Assembly: GCA_012862495.1 (NCBI GenBank)
Contig: BLSG01000423.1
Span: 48,088 to 81,018, forward strand
Reading direction: 5' to 3'
From: Thraustochytrium aureum
Taxonomy: Eukaryota
DNA length: 32,931 bases
In this document: positions 1 to 11,769 of the stretch, in pieces
Numbering within the stretch: the stretch's first letter is position 1
Layout of the letters: every line of letters starts with the position of its first letter
Made by a program: the position numbers and the translations under genes
Notes under the pieces: model-generated
Told to the model about the DNA's origin: nothing
What the model saw: the letters and a program-made list of their open reading frames with translations, nothing else
Databases searched by the model: none

Positions 1-2
1 TG

Positions 3-2327
3 CGAACGGAAGTGTGGGCGTTTGACTGGGCGGGCGCGTCCAGCGCAAGGGCGGGGCCCGAGAGCCGCGCGACGCAGGTTGATGGGTGCGTGAAACTACG
101 CGACGACTCGCTGTGCCCGTTGACGCGCAAGGCACGCGAAGCGGAGGTCGTCCGCGTCTGCGCGGATGGCGTCGTTGTGGCCGCGTTGGACGATTGCTCG
201 CTCGTGGCATGCGAGACGTCGAGGACAGACACCTACGGCAGCTTGAGCGCGAGGGAGGGCGAGCGCTTCGACTGCCGCGTCGAGCTGCCCTACCGCGCCA
301 ACGACGTGGACTGCAGCAGCGACTCGAGGCTCGTGATCGCGGTGTTTGGGACGAACAACCGCGACGACCCGAGCCTGGCCGCTCTGATCCTCGGCATTGG
401 GCGAGCAAAGCGCTTTGGGGAAGAGGACGAGTCCAAGCTGGAGCTCAGCGCAATCCGCAAGCTGAGCGACACCTATGTGACATCTGTGCCCGGCTCGCTC
501 CGCTTCAGCCAAGTTGATCCGCGGCAGATCCTTTTCGCCTGGGCCGGCGCCCCGGACGCCCCCATCGCGCGGCGAAGGGCAGCCCCGAGCAAGCGCGGCA
601 ACTACGCGCTCGAAATCCAGGTCGGCGCGGTCAAACTCTCGAGGTCGGAGGTTGTCCAGCACGTTGACGCCTCCACGATGGTCCGCGGCGCAGCCTCCAT
701 ACGCGCCGCGCAGTGGAACGCCACCGAAGACGCGCTCGTGCTTGTCGCAGACAAGCGCGAGCTCTTCCTGTTCAGGCGGGCCGCGCACACCGAGGCGCGA
801 TGGCAAGACACGCGCCTAGATGTTGACATCGATTTCGTTCGANNNNNNNNNNNNNNNNNNNNNNNNNNNNNNNNNNNNNNNNNNNNNNNNNNNNNNNNNN
901 NNNNNNNNNNNNNNNNNNNNNNNNNNNNNNNNNNNNNNNNNNNNNNNNNNNNNNNNNNNNNNNNNNNNNNNNNNNNNNNNNNNNNNNNNNNNNNNNNNNN
1001 NNNNNNNNNNNNNNNNNNNNNNNNNNNNNNNNNNNNNNNNNNNNNNNNNNNNNNNNNNNNNNNNNNNNNNNNNNNNNNNNNNNNNNNNNNNNNNNNNNNN
1101 NNNNNNNNNNNNNNNNNNNNNNNNNNNNNNNNNNNNNNNNNNNNNNNNNNNNNNNNNNNNNNNNNNNNNNNNNNNNNNNNNNNNNNNNNNNNNNNNNNNN
1201 NNNNNNNNNNNNNNNNNNNNNNNNNNNNNNNNNNNNNNNNNNNNNNNNNNNNNNNNNNNNNNNNNNNNNNNNNNNNNNNNNNNNNNNNNNNNNNNNNNNN
1301 NNNNNNNNNNNNNNNNNNNNNNNNNNNNNNNNNNNNNNNNNNNNNNNNNNNNNNNNNNNNNNNNNNNNNNNNNNNNNNNNNNNNNNNNNNNNNNNNNNNN
1401 NNNNNNNNNNNNNNNNNNNNNNNNNNNNNNNNNNNNNNNNNNNNNNNNNNNNNNNNNNNNNNNNNNNNNNNNNNNNNNNNNNNNNNNNNNNNNNNNNNNN
1501 NNNNNNNNNNNNNNNNNNNNNNNNNNNNNNNNNNNNNNNNNNNNNNNNNNNNNNNNNNNNNNNNNNNNNNNNNNNNNNNNNNNNNNNNNNNNNNNNNNNN
1601 NNNNNNNNNNNNNNNNNNNNNNNNNNNNNNNNNNNCTTGGGGTCTAGCAGTGCCTCCTCGGGAAGCGAGTCGCAAGAGGAGGAGAGCTTTGAGAAACGCG
1701 GGTCGCCGCGGTCGCCAGGTGGCAGTGATTCTGGCGCGAGCTCTTCCACTGACGCCAGTCTCGGCGCCAGCCCGGGCATGACTGCGGGTTCTGGTTCTGG
1801 GTCGCGCGTGGGCTCCACCAGGGCAGCACCGCGGCCTCCGAGGACCAGCGCGAGGTCCCAGACTGGGACGGAGGGCGCGGCGGCCGGTTTTAGCTGAGGA
1901 GCTCGGCGCCATGCTTGAAGAGCTGGAGCAAAGCTCCAGCAAGCGTTTGTGGCGTGACATGGACAAGCTCTGGCACAAGTGGCGCAAGCTTGCCGCAGCT
2001 CGCGCTGCTAGCGTAGATGAGGGACACGTTTCGCTGGAGAGCGCCTCGCCTAGCTCGCTCAGTTCCGCCGCGTCAGGGGGCGGGCGTCGATCTAGCGAGC
2101 GCGATCTTTTCTCCAGCGCTGACGCCCTCCGGCTCGGCGCCTGGCTCGAGTGCCGCGGAAAGCTCACACAGGCCTCGGAGGTGTACCAGGTGCATGGGCT
2201 GCAGCGAGAAGCGCGCCGCCTGAAACTCGTTGAGCGAGCGCTGGACCCGGCCCGGCTCGACCTGATTCCGGACCTCAGCTTTGTCGCCATCGCGGCGAAG
2301 CGGGCGAACGCGCCGGCTCAGCACTAG
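3..2327 (+). CDS. Hypothetical protein, 5'-truncated: N-terminal beta-propeller (WD40-like) region, Ser/Gly-rich linker and helical C-terminus; spans gap 843-1635 with probable frameshift(s) near 1800-1890
   Basis: Frame is open from the window start to the gap with propeller-like strands (RANDVDCSSDSRLVIAVFG, AAQWNATEDALVLVADKRELFLF). After the gap the protein-like frame is 1637-1897, then ...PVLAEELGAMLEELEQ... to TAG at 2325-2327. Joining across the gap is inference. Confidence 0.5.
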
Positions 2328-3203
2328 GCACTCGGCGTCAATGCTCCAGGTCCTTGTGTGCTCCTCTGTCGTAGTGGGAGGTTTGGCGTCCGCGTTCCCA
2401 ACGGCTGCATTCGTGTTTTCGTTCGCATTGGATCCATCCATTCTGTTGCGCGAACAAACAGCTCGCCGAGGTCACGGGCGCCCCTGCTGCGCGTTTAGCG
2501 CACAGCCATTCACGCGGGCTCACGGCACGCAGGTCCGCGCGCGAGCAAGCGCGGAGGCGCGCCTCTGTCCCAAGCCAAGTGCAGAGCAGAGGTATGTAAG
2601 TTACAATGTAGGTAGGTAGGTACTCAGTCAAGCCAATGAAGCAGGCCTGCAAGAACGCCGGCTGCGCAGGAGCCAATCGCGGGCGTGGCGCCGCGGGCGA
2701 GCGCCGCGGGCGAGGCCCCTTGGTCGTTTGTAAACCGGTCCTTGCGCAGAAAATCCTTCACCTTACACTTGTATCTAAAGGTACTCAGTACCTTACTTCA
2801 AGTAGCATACCGCGTTGCTCCAGACACGAAGCGAGTCCGGCGGTCTGCCTCGCTCGCTCGCTCGCGCGCAAGGAAGGACCAGCAGCGGCGGCACCGAGGC
2901 GAGCGGGCGGACAGCGGGCTCGGCACGAGCGGCTGCCGCCCGGAGGCGGCGGGATCCGCGGGGCTGTGTGTAGTGGGTTTTTGGACCAGCGCTGAGGCGT
3001 TGATTCCTCGTTGCGCTGCCCGCCGACGCCTGCCTCGCGGCCCCCTCGGCGCGCCAGCGCAGCTAACGGAAGCTCACGAGCCGCTTGCACCAAGTAGTCT
3101 TTTTTGCACGGAGCGGCAGGCGGCCAGGGAACAGCGCTCGGTTGCTCTGCGCGCCGTGGGCCTGCCAAACGGCGTTCCTTTCGACACCAAGAAAGCGACT
3201 GCG

Positions 3204-4235
3204 ATGGCGAGCCTCCTCGATGAAGACGCTGCGCAACAGCAGCTGACGTTGGAAAAGGCCATCGAGAGCTTCCTCGGCTATGCCCAAAAGGAGGTGCAGG
3301 CAAGAAACTTAGACATGGCCAAGGACTACCTGAACAAAGCCAAGGCTCGCTTGAGCAGGTTGACCGGCGCCGCGCAGGAGCGGTGGACGAACCGGGCCAT
3401 GACAGTCGAGACACATATTGGAATCCTAGACCTTGTCGTCCTGGACGGCAAACCGTTCATGCGGCACTTTCAGTTGCTGTCGAGGGAGCTCGTCTCGCCG
3501 CGTGTCTTTGAGTGCATGTACGGCTTGGTGAGGCTCATTCGGCTAAAGGTCTTCTGCCGCGAGCTCAACATACCGGAGACGATCGAGTTTGATGGAAAGG
3601 ACGAGGCAGCGCTGTTTGGCATGACCTTTCTCGGAGGTGCGCCGTGCTCCTTGACACGGACCTGGATTCACCATGGGACCGGGGACACAAAGTGGGCTGT
3701 GCTTGACCGGATCTGCACCGTCAAAGACACCAGGCTGGATGAAGTGCAGGAGGAAGAAGTGTACAACTATCGCAAGCAAGGGCTTGCGATGCTCACTTTC
3801 AGCCATGGCGTCAAGGTGCTGGCGCAGGATATCGGTCCTCGTGTCGGGATCCACGTTCTTGTCGTTCACATCCCAGCGCGCTCCCACGGGATGGTCAAGC
3901 GCCTGCTAGCCAGAGGGTTCCGCCTCGTCCTGACCGAGAAGGAGATTGTAGAGTCCGAGCGCGGGCCGGAGGGCCGCATCCCGATCGTCTTTCTCGACAA
4001 CGACCGCATTCGCATCAACTCGATCCATCTGTGGATTGCGCTGCCGAACGCGGATGAAGCAGCCGTGCAGCGGGACTTGGATGAAATTACACGCGTGGCC
4101 CGCGAGCAGCTACGGATTTCCGTGGACCCGGTCGCGCACGGCCGTGCGCATGAGATGTTTGCCCGCGCAGCCGAAGAGGCGCGTCGCAGGTCTATGGTGA
4201 CCCCACACGCGCACTCCGGCAAGTCTGCCTCGTAG
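3204..4235 (+). CDS. Divergent GNAT-family acetyltransferase (YjcF/ElaA-like) with N-terminal helical extension
   Basis: ATG 3204 lies within ORF 2685-4235. IRLKVFCRELNIPETIEFDGKDEAA matches the YjcF/ElaA pattern IRxxVFxxEqxvPxxxExDxxDxxA. Also present: AVLDRICTVK, acetyl-CoA motif A YRKQGLA, and a C-terminal ...LLARGF. Confidence 0.7.
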   Translation: MASLLDEDAAQQQLTLEKAIESFLGYAQKEVQARNLDMAKDYLNKAKARLSRLTGAAQERWTNRAMTVETHIGILDLVVLDGKPFMRHFQLLSRELVSPRVFECMYGLVRLIRLKVFCRELNIPETIEFDGKDEAALFGMTFLGGAPCSLTRTWIHHGTGDTKWAVLDRICTVKDTRLDEVQEEEVYNYRKQGLAMLTFSHGVKVLAQDIGPRVGIHVLVVHIPARSHGMVKRLLARGFRLVLTEKEIVESERGPEGRIPIVFLDNDRIRINSIHLWIALPNADEAAVQRDLDEITRVAREQLRISVDPVAHGRAHEMFARAAEEARRRSMVTPHAHSGKSAS

Positions 4236-4685
4236 GCGGGTGGGNNNNNNNNNNNNNNNNNNNNNNNNNNNNNNNNNNNNNNNNNNNNNNNNNNNNNNNN
4301 NNNNNNNNNNNNNNNNNNNNNNNNNNNNNNNNNNNNNNNNNNNNNNNNNNNNNNNNNNNNNNNNNNNNNNNNNNNNNNNNNNNNNNNNNNNNNNNNNNNN
4401 NNNNNNNNNNNNNNNNNNNNNNNNNNNNNNNNNNNNNNNNNNNNNNNNNNNNNNNNNNNNNNNNNNNNNNNNNNNNNNNNNNNNNNNNNNNNNNNNNNNN
4501 NNNNNNNNNNNNNNNNNNNNNNNNNNNNNNNNNNNNNNNNNNNNNNNNNNNNNNNNNNNNNNNNNNNNNNNNNNNNNNNNNNNNNNNNNNNNNNNNNNNN
4601 NNNNNNNNNNNNNNNNNNNNNNNNNNNNNNNNNNNNNNNNNNNNNNNNNNNNNNNNNNNNNNNNNNNNNNNNNNNNNNNNNNNNN

Positions 4686-5512
4686 ATCTGCATCTGCCGA
4701 ACCTGCTGCGGTGTCGCCCGCACCGGCTTGGGCCTCTCCAGGGCGGCGAATGGGTCGTCGAACCCCAACGCCGAGGAAGCCGGATTTCCCAGCATAGTGC
4801 CGCCTAGCCCGCCAGCGAGCGGCGCGGGGGTTGCTGCGAACCCAGGCCCTGCGGGGGCATCAAGGCTCATCAGATCAAAGTCGCTGCTGAGCCCACCGGC
4901 GGAGGGCGCAGCGGCAGCTGGGCTGGCTGCCCCCCCGCCGAACAAGTCGAGCTCCTCCTCTGGAGCGCCGAGCTTGGTACTGGGCGCGGAAGAGCCTTTG
5001 ATCGTGAGCGAGCCGAAGAGGTCGTCAGAGCTGGAGGACGACACGCTGGAGGGCGGCTTGGACTTTTTGGGTTGCTTTGGGGAACGGGACTTTTTCGGGG
5101 CCGCTGACTGCTCCTCTGGCCCAGCGCTTTCGTCGTACCACCGCTTGTCCTCGTACACCATTGCGATGAGCTGCTTGAACTTGTCCAGGTTGTCCCCGGG
5201 CTTGGGAGCAAAGCGCTCTTCGTCGTGCGAGGACCACTTGGCGTACCACTTTGCGCGCGCCACTTCGTTGCCACCGCCGTTCCGTTTGCGTAGCTCTTCG
5301 ACCTCCTCGAGCGTCCACGTAGACATGGTGACCGACTTGACCCTGTGCGAGAACGCCTGGTGCGAGCTCTTGCAGTTGTTGCACACGAACGTCTTGAACT
5401 TGACGCAAACCGCTCCGAAGCCGAGCCTGCTCTTCTCCCCGCAGTTGACGCACTCCCGGTTCGCGCCGAGCTTGCGCAGCTTGCCCAGCAGCTGCTCCGC
5501 CTCGGACGGCAT
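4686..5512 (-). CDS. ArfGAP-domain protein, AGFG1/HRB-like; 3' end lies in gap 4245-4685
   Basis: ATG 5512. Zinc finger NRECVNC-x19-CNNC is followed by HRVKSVTMSTWTLEEVEEL...GGNEVARAKW. The low-complexity tail has DLF/DPF-type adaptor-binding motifs. Confidence 0.9.
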
Positions 5513-5582
5513 CGTGTTCCCAGCAAGCAAGTGTCCTGGTCAGCCCGGTGTCGTCGTCAGTGTAGAGTTTGCTGGACGAGCG

Positions 5583-5673
5583 GCTGGCCAGGCTGGCCGG
5601 CTGCAGCTGCGTGGGGGAGCTGGCTTGCCGGCTGGCTGGCCGGCTGGCGGGCTGGCCGGCTGGCTGGCTGGCT
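5583..5673. repeat. Imperfect (GGCT/GGCC)n tetranucleotide repeat upstream of the ArfGAP start
   Basis: ggctggccggctg...gctggctggccggctggcgggctggccggctggctggctggct seen directly. Confidence 0.75.
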
Positions 5674-6206
5674 CGACGGGCGAGTAGAAGGACGGGTGGG
5701 TTGATGGACGGATGCCCGGCGCCAAACACCCGCCTCTCGCTGCGCGTCGGGCGTTGTGCGGCGCCGAAGAGCAACTGCACGCCGCACGCAGAGTAGAGTA
5801 CGCTTGCATGCACTGCACTGCGCAGCCTTGCGAGGAGTGAGGTCGTGGCGTGTGTGGGAGGGTGAGCCTTGAAGCGCGCTTTCGTGGGTGCCATGGTCGA
5901 TGGCCGCCTCACAACGGCGCGCCGGGGGTCAAAAAACCCGGCAGGCGCCTCTTCGGGAGTGTCAGGAGCCTCGTGAGAGGTGCTGCTCAATCCCCCTCCG
6001 AGTCGGGAGTCTCGCGTTGTGCTTGAATTGAATTCAATTGAATTCACACACAGAACAAGCGAAGGGGCACCTCCTTGTCCACTTCAGTCTTCTTGTCACA
6101 TCACGCTCGCTGCGCATGAACGAACGCATGGTCGTGGCATTGGGCAACACCAGGTTGTCGGCGGGTCTCGATGACTTGTTCGTACTCTAGCTAAGTAGTA
6201 GATGGC

Positions 6207-6756
6207 TCAAATTGCCTCGATGGCTGGCTTGGCTGATGCCAGCGCTGCGAACCTCAATGTGGGCGATCTCGCGGAGCTCGACTTCTTCATCTCAGGTCGT
6301 CCGTCATCTATGCGCTGGGCTGGTTTGAACACACGGCTAGTGCAGAGTCGGTGCGTGAGCGATCTCCAGAAGTCGAGCCCCCTGGCTCTCGAGGTGGAGC
6401 TCGTAGTCAGCAATCTCCCCTAGATGCAAATCGAGAGCCCAACGGTTGCATCGCCTGCGGGCGTCGTGATTTCCTGCGGAAAGAAACCGTTTGCCCGGAA
6501 GTGCGCAGTACTGTTCCACGCGAGGCCATTTGGCCTTCAGGTTTTCTGGCTTCGTAAACTCATCAGCAAGATCTTCAAAGGCTCACGAATGCCATTTGCC
6601 TTGCTGCTTTGCGTTCTCCATCGCTGGTCTGCTGTTGTCGGCTCATCGTCGTCGTCCGAGACCTTCGGAGCATTCGAATCCCGGCGTCGATGACCTTTCG
6701 CGGCTCTTCGGGTCTGGTCGTGGCGGCAACCCGGAACGTTGAGCCGTTTCAGTCAT
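6207..6756 (-). CDS. Possible small hypothetical protein broken by several frameshifts
   Basis: From ATG 6756, protein-like segments occur in successive minus frames (MTETAQRSGLPPRPDP / DSNAPKVSDDDDEP / FEDLADEFTKPENLKAKWPRVEQYC...). No recognisable domain. Confidence 0.25.
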
Positions 6757-7246
6757 GCTGGCGACCTTTTGGCTGTCTCTAGCTAGCTAGAGAGATCTGT
6801 TCTGTGCGAGCTGGGTCAAGAACTTTTGTAGCACGTCCTCGTCGCTGTGCTCGTCCAGGCCACCTCAACGCTGTGCCGTCCATCGATGCATCCATGCGAG
6901 GCCCAACGAGCTCGCCCCAACGCGCCNNNNNNNNNNNNNNNNNNNNNNNNNNNNNNNNNNNNNNNNNNNNNNNNNNNNNNNNNNNNNNNNNNNNNNNNNN
7001 NNNNNNNNNNNNNNNNNNNNNNNNNNNNNNNNNNNNNNNNNNNNNNNNNNNNNNNNNNNNNNNNNNNNNNNGGACTTGTTGTTCCGTCGAGGTCCTCGCA
7101 CAGGTCCTCTTCGCGCACACGGCAGACGGTTGCGGCACGGGTCGCGCTTGGGCCGCTGCTGCGCGTGGTGCTGTCCCGCGCTTCGTAAAGCGCACGATTG
7201 AGCCTCGCAGAGCTGTGCGCGGCGGCGATACGAGGCCGGTCGGAGG

Positions 7247-10200
7247 ATGCAACGCGAGTCGCCGACCGGGACAGGACAGAGTTCGCCACGCAGCACTGCG
7301 GGGAGTGTCGCGCTGGGGCCGGATGAGACGGCCTTGGGGGGGAGTAGAGCCACGCTCGACGGAGATGCGGTGATCTGGGGCCCGGGCAAGGATGGAGACG
7401 CCACGGCGACGCTCAACGGTCTTCGATTTCGGTTCGCCATACCCGTGACGCAGGTCGGCGCCGAGAAAGGCTCGTCAGCTGTGTTCACCAACTATTGCAT
7501 AGTGGTGCACGTTCTGGACGCAGGCGAGAAGTGGACGGTCCTCCGCAGGCTGACGCACTTTGCCAACCTGAACAAACTGCTCCGCAAAGCCGCCGAGGAA
7601 AAGGGCCTGCAGTTCAAGCAGCTGGTCAGGGCCCTGCCGCGCAAGCGGTACTTTGACTCGCTAAAGAGCCCGGTGGTGCGCCAACGCAAGCGACAGCTAC
7701 TCGCGTATCTACAGGACGTTCTGCGCCTCGCAGAGCAGGACGCCGAGGTTCGAACCGTGCTGTGCGCCTTCCTCGACATTAACGAAGAGGCCGTCCAAAA
7801 CGGCATTCAGCATGACCATGTCGACGCCGGCCAGCGCAGCGATCCCCACCCAGAGTACGCTGGAACCGGCGAGCTTGCGGCCGCCAGCTCCTCCCAGCAG
7901 CTAAGCGGAATGCCTTGCGCGAACCCCAATCAGACGTCGCCGCAGCTCATCGAGCCTTCCGTGTTCTCGCTCGCTGCAACACGAGCAGACGACGCGACAA
8001 AGGTGCCGCCATCTGCAGCGTCACCACCGCATGCGCCACGCACTGGAAGCGCGCCTGTGCAGCCGAGGCAACCTTGTCCGCCGCCAACAACATCGACCAG
8101 AAGCGACAGCGCCGCGCACGCGCCAGACGAGCCGCCTCACCAATCTCCAAGGCCCAGCCAGGACTGTTGGGAGAGCACCCTATCGGCGCTCGGAAGCTCG
8201 TGCAAGTCAAGTCACCGCGCAATGGCACGCGCGAGTTTGAGTCTGGCGCTGACAACGCAGCAAGATCGACGCTATAAAAGCGATTATGAAACACCCCATC
8301 CGCCAGGGCTGGCTCTTGCGCCAACGCTGGGTCAGTTCAAAAGGCCACGCGGATGAGGACAGCGACGTACGCGAACTCCAGCAACTTCACGCTCGTCTCG
8401 AGTCGCGCCCAGGGCTTGCCGCAAGCGCAGAGCACGGGATAGGCGGCAGTGCGCACGAACTCGGTGAATCGGCAATCCACGTACCAACCGTGGATGGAGC
8501 CATCTCGAGGGCTGAGCTCCGCGACGCGGTCGGCCGCGCAGCCAGCGACCCCTCGAGCCTCGAGCACGCTCGCGCCGCCTCTGCGCGGGGCAATCCGCAA
8601 GGAAACGCTCACGAGCCGGGCGCAAACCTTGCAGCCAACTGCGAGCCGGCCACAGACACAACGATTGAGAGCGGATACTTGCTAACCTGCGGCGGGTTCC
8701 GGGGGGCGCGCAAGCCTTGGAAACGACGGTTCTTCCAGCTTCGACACCGATGCCTCTACTACTATGCAGCGACCACGCCAACGCTCCTGGGCTGCACCCC
8801 CGTGGGCGACGCAACGGGCGTTGTTTTCTGCATGGACGAAGAGCAAGCGCGGCTGCGAAAGGCCCCTGCGGGCAAGTTCGGCTTCATTGTAAGCACGCAA
8901 GATCGCGAGCTATCGCTTTGCGCAGACAGCGCTGCAGAACGCGAGTGCTGGGTTACCGCGATCCGTGCCGAGATGAGCCGCCGCTCATTCCCCATCGTTG
9001 CTGTCCCGTCCTCGCAAGAGCACATGGCAGAAATGCCACGTCCATCAACGGCAGCTTCGTTTCGCGAGGACGCTGTGGCCAGCGAGCCCACTCTGGGCGG
9101 GGACGTTTCGAGTGCGAGCCGGTCGGCGGCGCCGCCCGAGTCGGCTCAACCTGGCGGCGGCGCCGCCTCAGACTCATTCAAGCAAGGGGCACGCGAGGGA
9201 CCTTCATTTGGAGATTGCATCGAGGACCTTGCCCAGCAGCAGCAGCAGCAGCACGCGCAGCGTGAGAGGGAGAGGCGCATCAAACGGCACCAAACGCCGC
9301 CCTTCCCTCCTTCGCTCCAGGTGGACCAAGAGCCAGAGCCCGGCAAAAAGATTTTCAAAGAGGAAGACTCGTTTGACGCGCCAGACCTGCAGCAGCGCGA
9401 CCCCTGGGAAGTCGACTGGAACCAGCTCGAGCTGGCGAACAAACTTGGCCATGGAGCGTTCGGCGAGGTTTACAGGGCCTCGCTGTGGGGCAGCGAAGTA
9501 GCAGTGAAGAAGTTGCACTGCGACGACCTCAGCCCGAGTGCGTTGCGCGCGCTACGCAAGGAAGTCACGATCCTGAGCCAGCTTCGCCACCCATGCGTGG
9601 TCCTTTACATTGGTGCGTGTACCCAGCCCCCCAACGTGTGCATGATTACCGAGTGGTGCTCCCGTGGCAGTTTGTACGACGTCTTGCACTCCAACACGGT
9701 GATCCTGGACTCGCGGCGTCGCCTCGACATTGCTTTGCAGATCGCCAAGGGCATGGCATACCTCCACAGCCGGCCCAAGCAGATCATCCACCGCGACCTC
9801 AAGTCAATGAACGTCCTCATCACGCAGGCGTGGCAGGCGCGGGTTGCGGACTTTGGGCTTACCATTGTTCGGCGCAAACCAGAGTTTTGCGAGGAGGACG
9901 ACGGGGGGCACTTTGGGATCCAGGGCACGCCGCAGTGGATGGCCCCAGAGGTGATGGAGGGCAACAGGTACAATGGCAAGGTGGATGTGTACAGCTTTGG
10001 CATCATGCTCACTGAGCTACTCACTCGCAAGATGCCCTTCGCCGACCAGTACAAAGGGTTTGACTTTGTGGACGCTGTCCTTGAGGAAGGTGCGACGCCC
10101 ACCATCCCCGCCTGGGCCTGTTCACGTGCTTCAGAAGAAGCAGAAGAAGGAGCCATTGACAACTCGGAGGCCGAACCGGACAGCGACGAGGACGAAACCG

Positions 10201-11769
10201 ACGGGGGCGACAGCGACGAGGACCAAACAGTGTCTGCGAACGCCCGCTTCCGCCGACAGAGCGATTTGTTTCCCTTTGACGTTGCCGTCGGGGAGAAGGC
10301 CACCGAAGCCACGGGCTATGACAAGAGGCGCAGCGAGCTGGGCCTGACGTACCCTTTCGTGGAAAGCGGTCAAGGCGAGTGCAAATTCAACGACGTGCCA
10401 TCTAGGGCTGTCGCCGATCTCTTCTCGCCACTTGGCGAGAGTGCCATAGGCTTGGCAAAGCAAGGTCGCACTGGCGACGGCGACGGCGACGGCGCAAGCA
10501 GCACGGAAAGCAAGAAAGGTGGATCAGGAAGGGAGAGCCGAAACGACAACGCCCAATACGATAACCGCGACGAGCCTGATGCGGCGGAGAACGGAGAGAA
10601 GGAGCGGCCAGTGCGCTGGAGGCGGCGCGCAAACTCGCGCAGGCGAAGTGAGTGGCTGAGCGCGGACAAGCACCCGCGCAACATCCAGGCTTTGATCTTG
10701 GCTTGCCTCGACCGTGACCCGCGTTCGCGGCCCGGGTTCCAGTCGATCGTATCCAGCATTTCAAAACTCGCCGAGAACAACTCGGAGGAGATCCTGGAGC
10801 ACTTTGACTTGCCGAGGCTGCACGAGATGCTCGAAGTGGGCACCTTGCTGGACGCGAGCCTGGCCGCTCGCGAGGTGAGCAAGCTGGGGCACCGCGTGCA
10901 GCGCGGCGCAGGGCTCTTGGGCGTCGAAGACAACGACGAGGAAGACGACGAGAGCATGGCCGAGCACTCTTCGCTGAGCTCGCTGACAAACAACAAGCGC
11001 CAGCTCGTCACGCAGTGGGTGTGCCCTCTCGTCGTGCGGATTGTGGAGCGGCTCACGCGCGAGACCGACACGATCATCACGACACGAGGCGAGCACGTCG
11101 ACGTGCACATCCCAGAACGGATCTTGGCAGAACTCGGCGTCTCGCTAGGGGTGTTGCTTCATGTCTGCAACGCGGACGACGGCGTGACGATGCAGGCGCA
11201 AACGTCATTCTGGACCAGGGAGCCCTCCGGGTGCTGTGCCAGCTTTTTTTGTTTGCGGACGCTGCGCAAGACTTTGAGAAGGTCAAGATCGTTCCGTCAG
11301 TGTACGACCACGAGGCTGAACTGGAGCAGGTGCTCAAGAACCGCAACCCGGACTACTCGTCGCTTTTGCACATCGGCCTCCTGCTCTCGTACCTGGCGGT
11401 GACCTGCGGGGGCAAGGTGGAAGAGGCGATCTCCAGCAGGCTCGCAGAGCAGCTAGCGACGGTGGACGGCGCAGTGCACCATGGAATGCGCGCAAAGGCG
11501 CGCTGCGAGAGCGCTGGGATCCTCCTGTCCTCGCCAGGGGAGGCGATCAGTTTAGCGCGATTGGCAGCGCGGCGGCTCGAGCTCGGCACGAAGCGGTACA
11601 CGGCCGCAAAGTCCACGAGTTGCCTTTCGTCCTTGAGGGCTACGAGGCGCGCGATATGCTAACTGCGCAAGTGGAGGACCTCAAGCAGGAGAACTCAAAG
11701 TTGCTGTGCGAGATCGCCGAGCTGCGCCGAATCGTGGAGAGCGACGCCCGGGGACTCAATGATGCGTAG
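7247..11769 (+). CDS. PX domain - PH domain - TKL (Raf/CTR1-like) protein kinase with helical C-terminal region and terminal coiled coil; reconstructed across 4 frameshifts (~8149, ~8262, ~11184, ~11609)
   Basis: PX ~7420-7780 (FTNYCIVV..WTVLRRLTHF..LPRKRYF..RKRQLLAYL..FLD). PH ~8663-8975 (ESGYLL..KPWKRRFFQL..LCADSAAERECWVTAI). Kinase motifs GHGAFGEV, VAVKKL, HRDLKSMN, DFG, GTPQWMAPE, DVYSFG, CLDRDPRSRP. Adding one base at each site fuses ORFs 7247, 7915, 8286 and 11015 and a final frame ending VEDLKQENSKLLCEIAELRR..DA* (TAG 11767-11769). The kinase is certain; the fusion is inferred. Confidence 0.85.

Noticed and set aside
2685..3203. N-terminal 173 aa of ORF 2685-4235
   Set aside because: Starts at GTG with low-complexity, UTR/promoter-like composition; ATG 3204 is preferred.
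6024..6046. Heat-shock element
   Set aside because: GAA/TTC spacing does not fit nGAAnnTTCn.
8140..11612. Tiny spliceosomal introns as the explanation for the frame changes
   Set aside because: I found no GT...AG pairs that restore frame at the junctions, while single-base homopolymer additions restore it cleanly.
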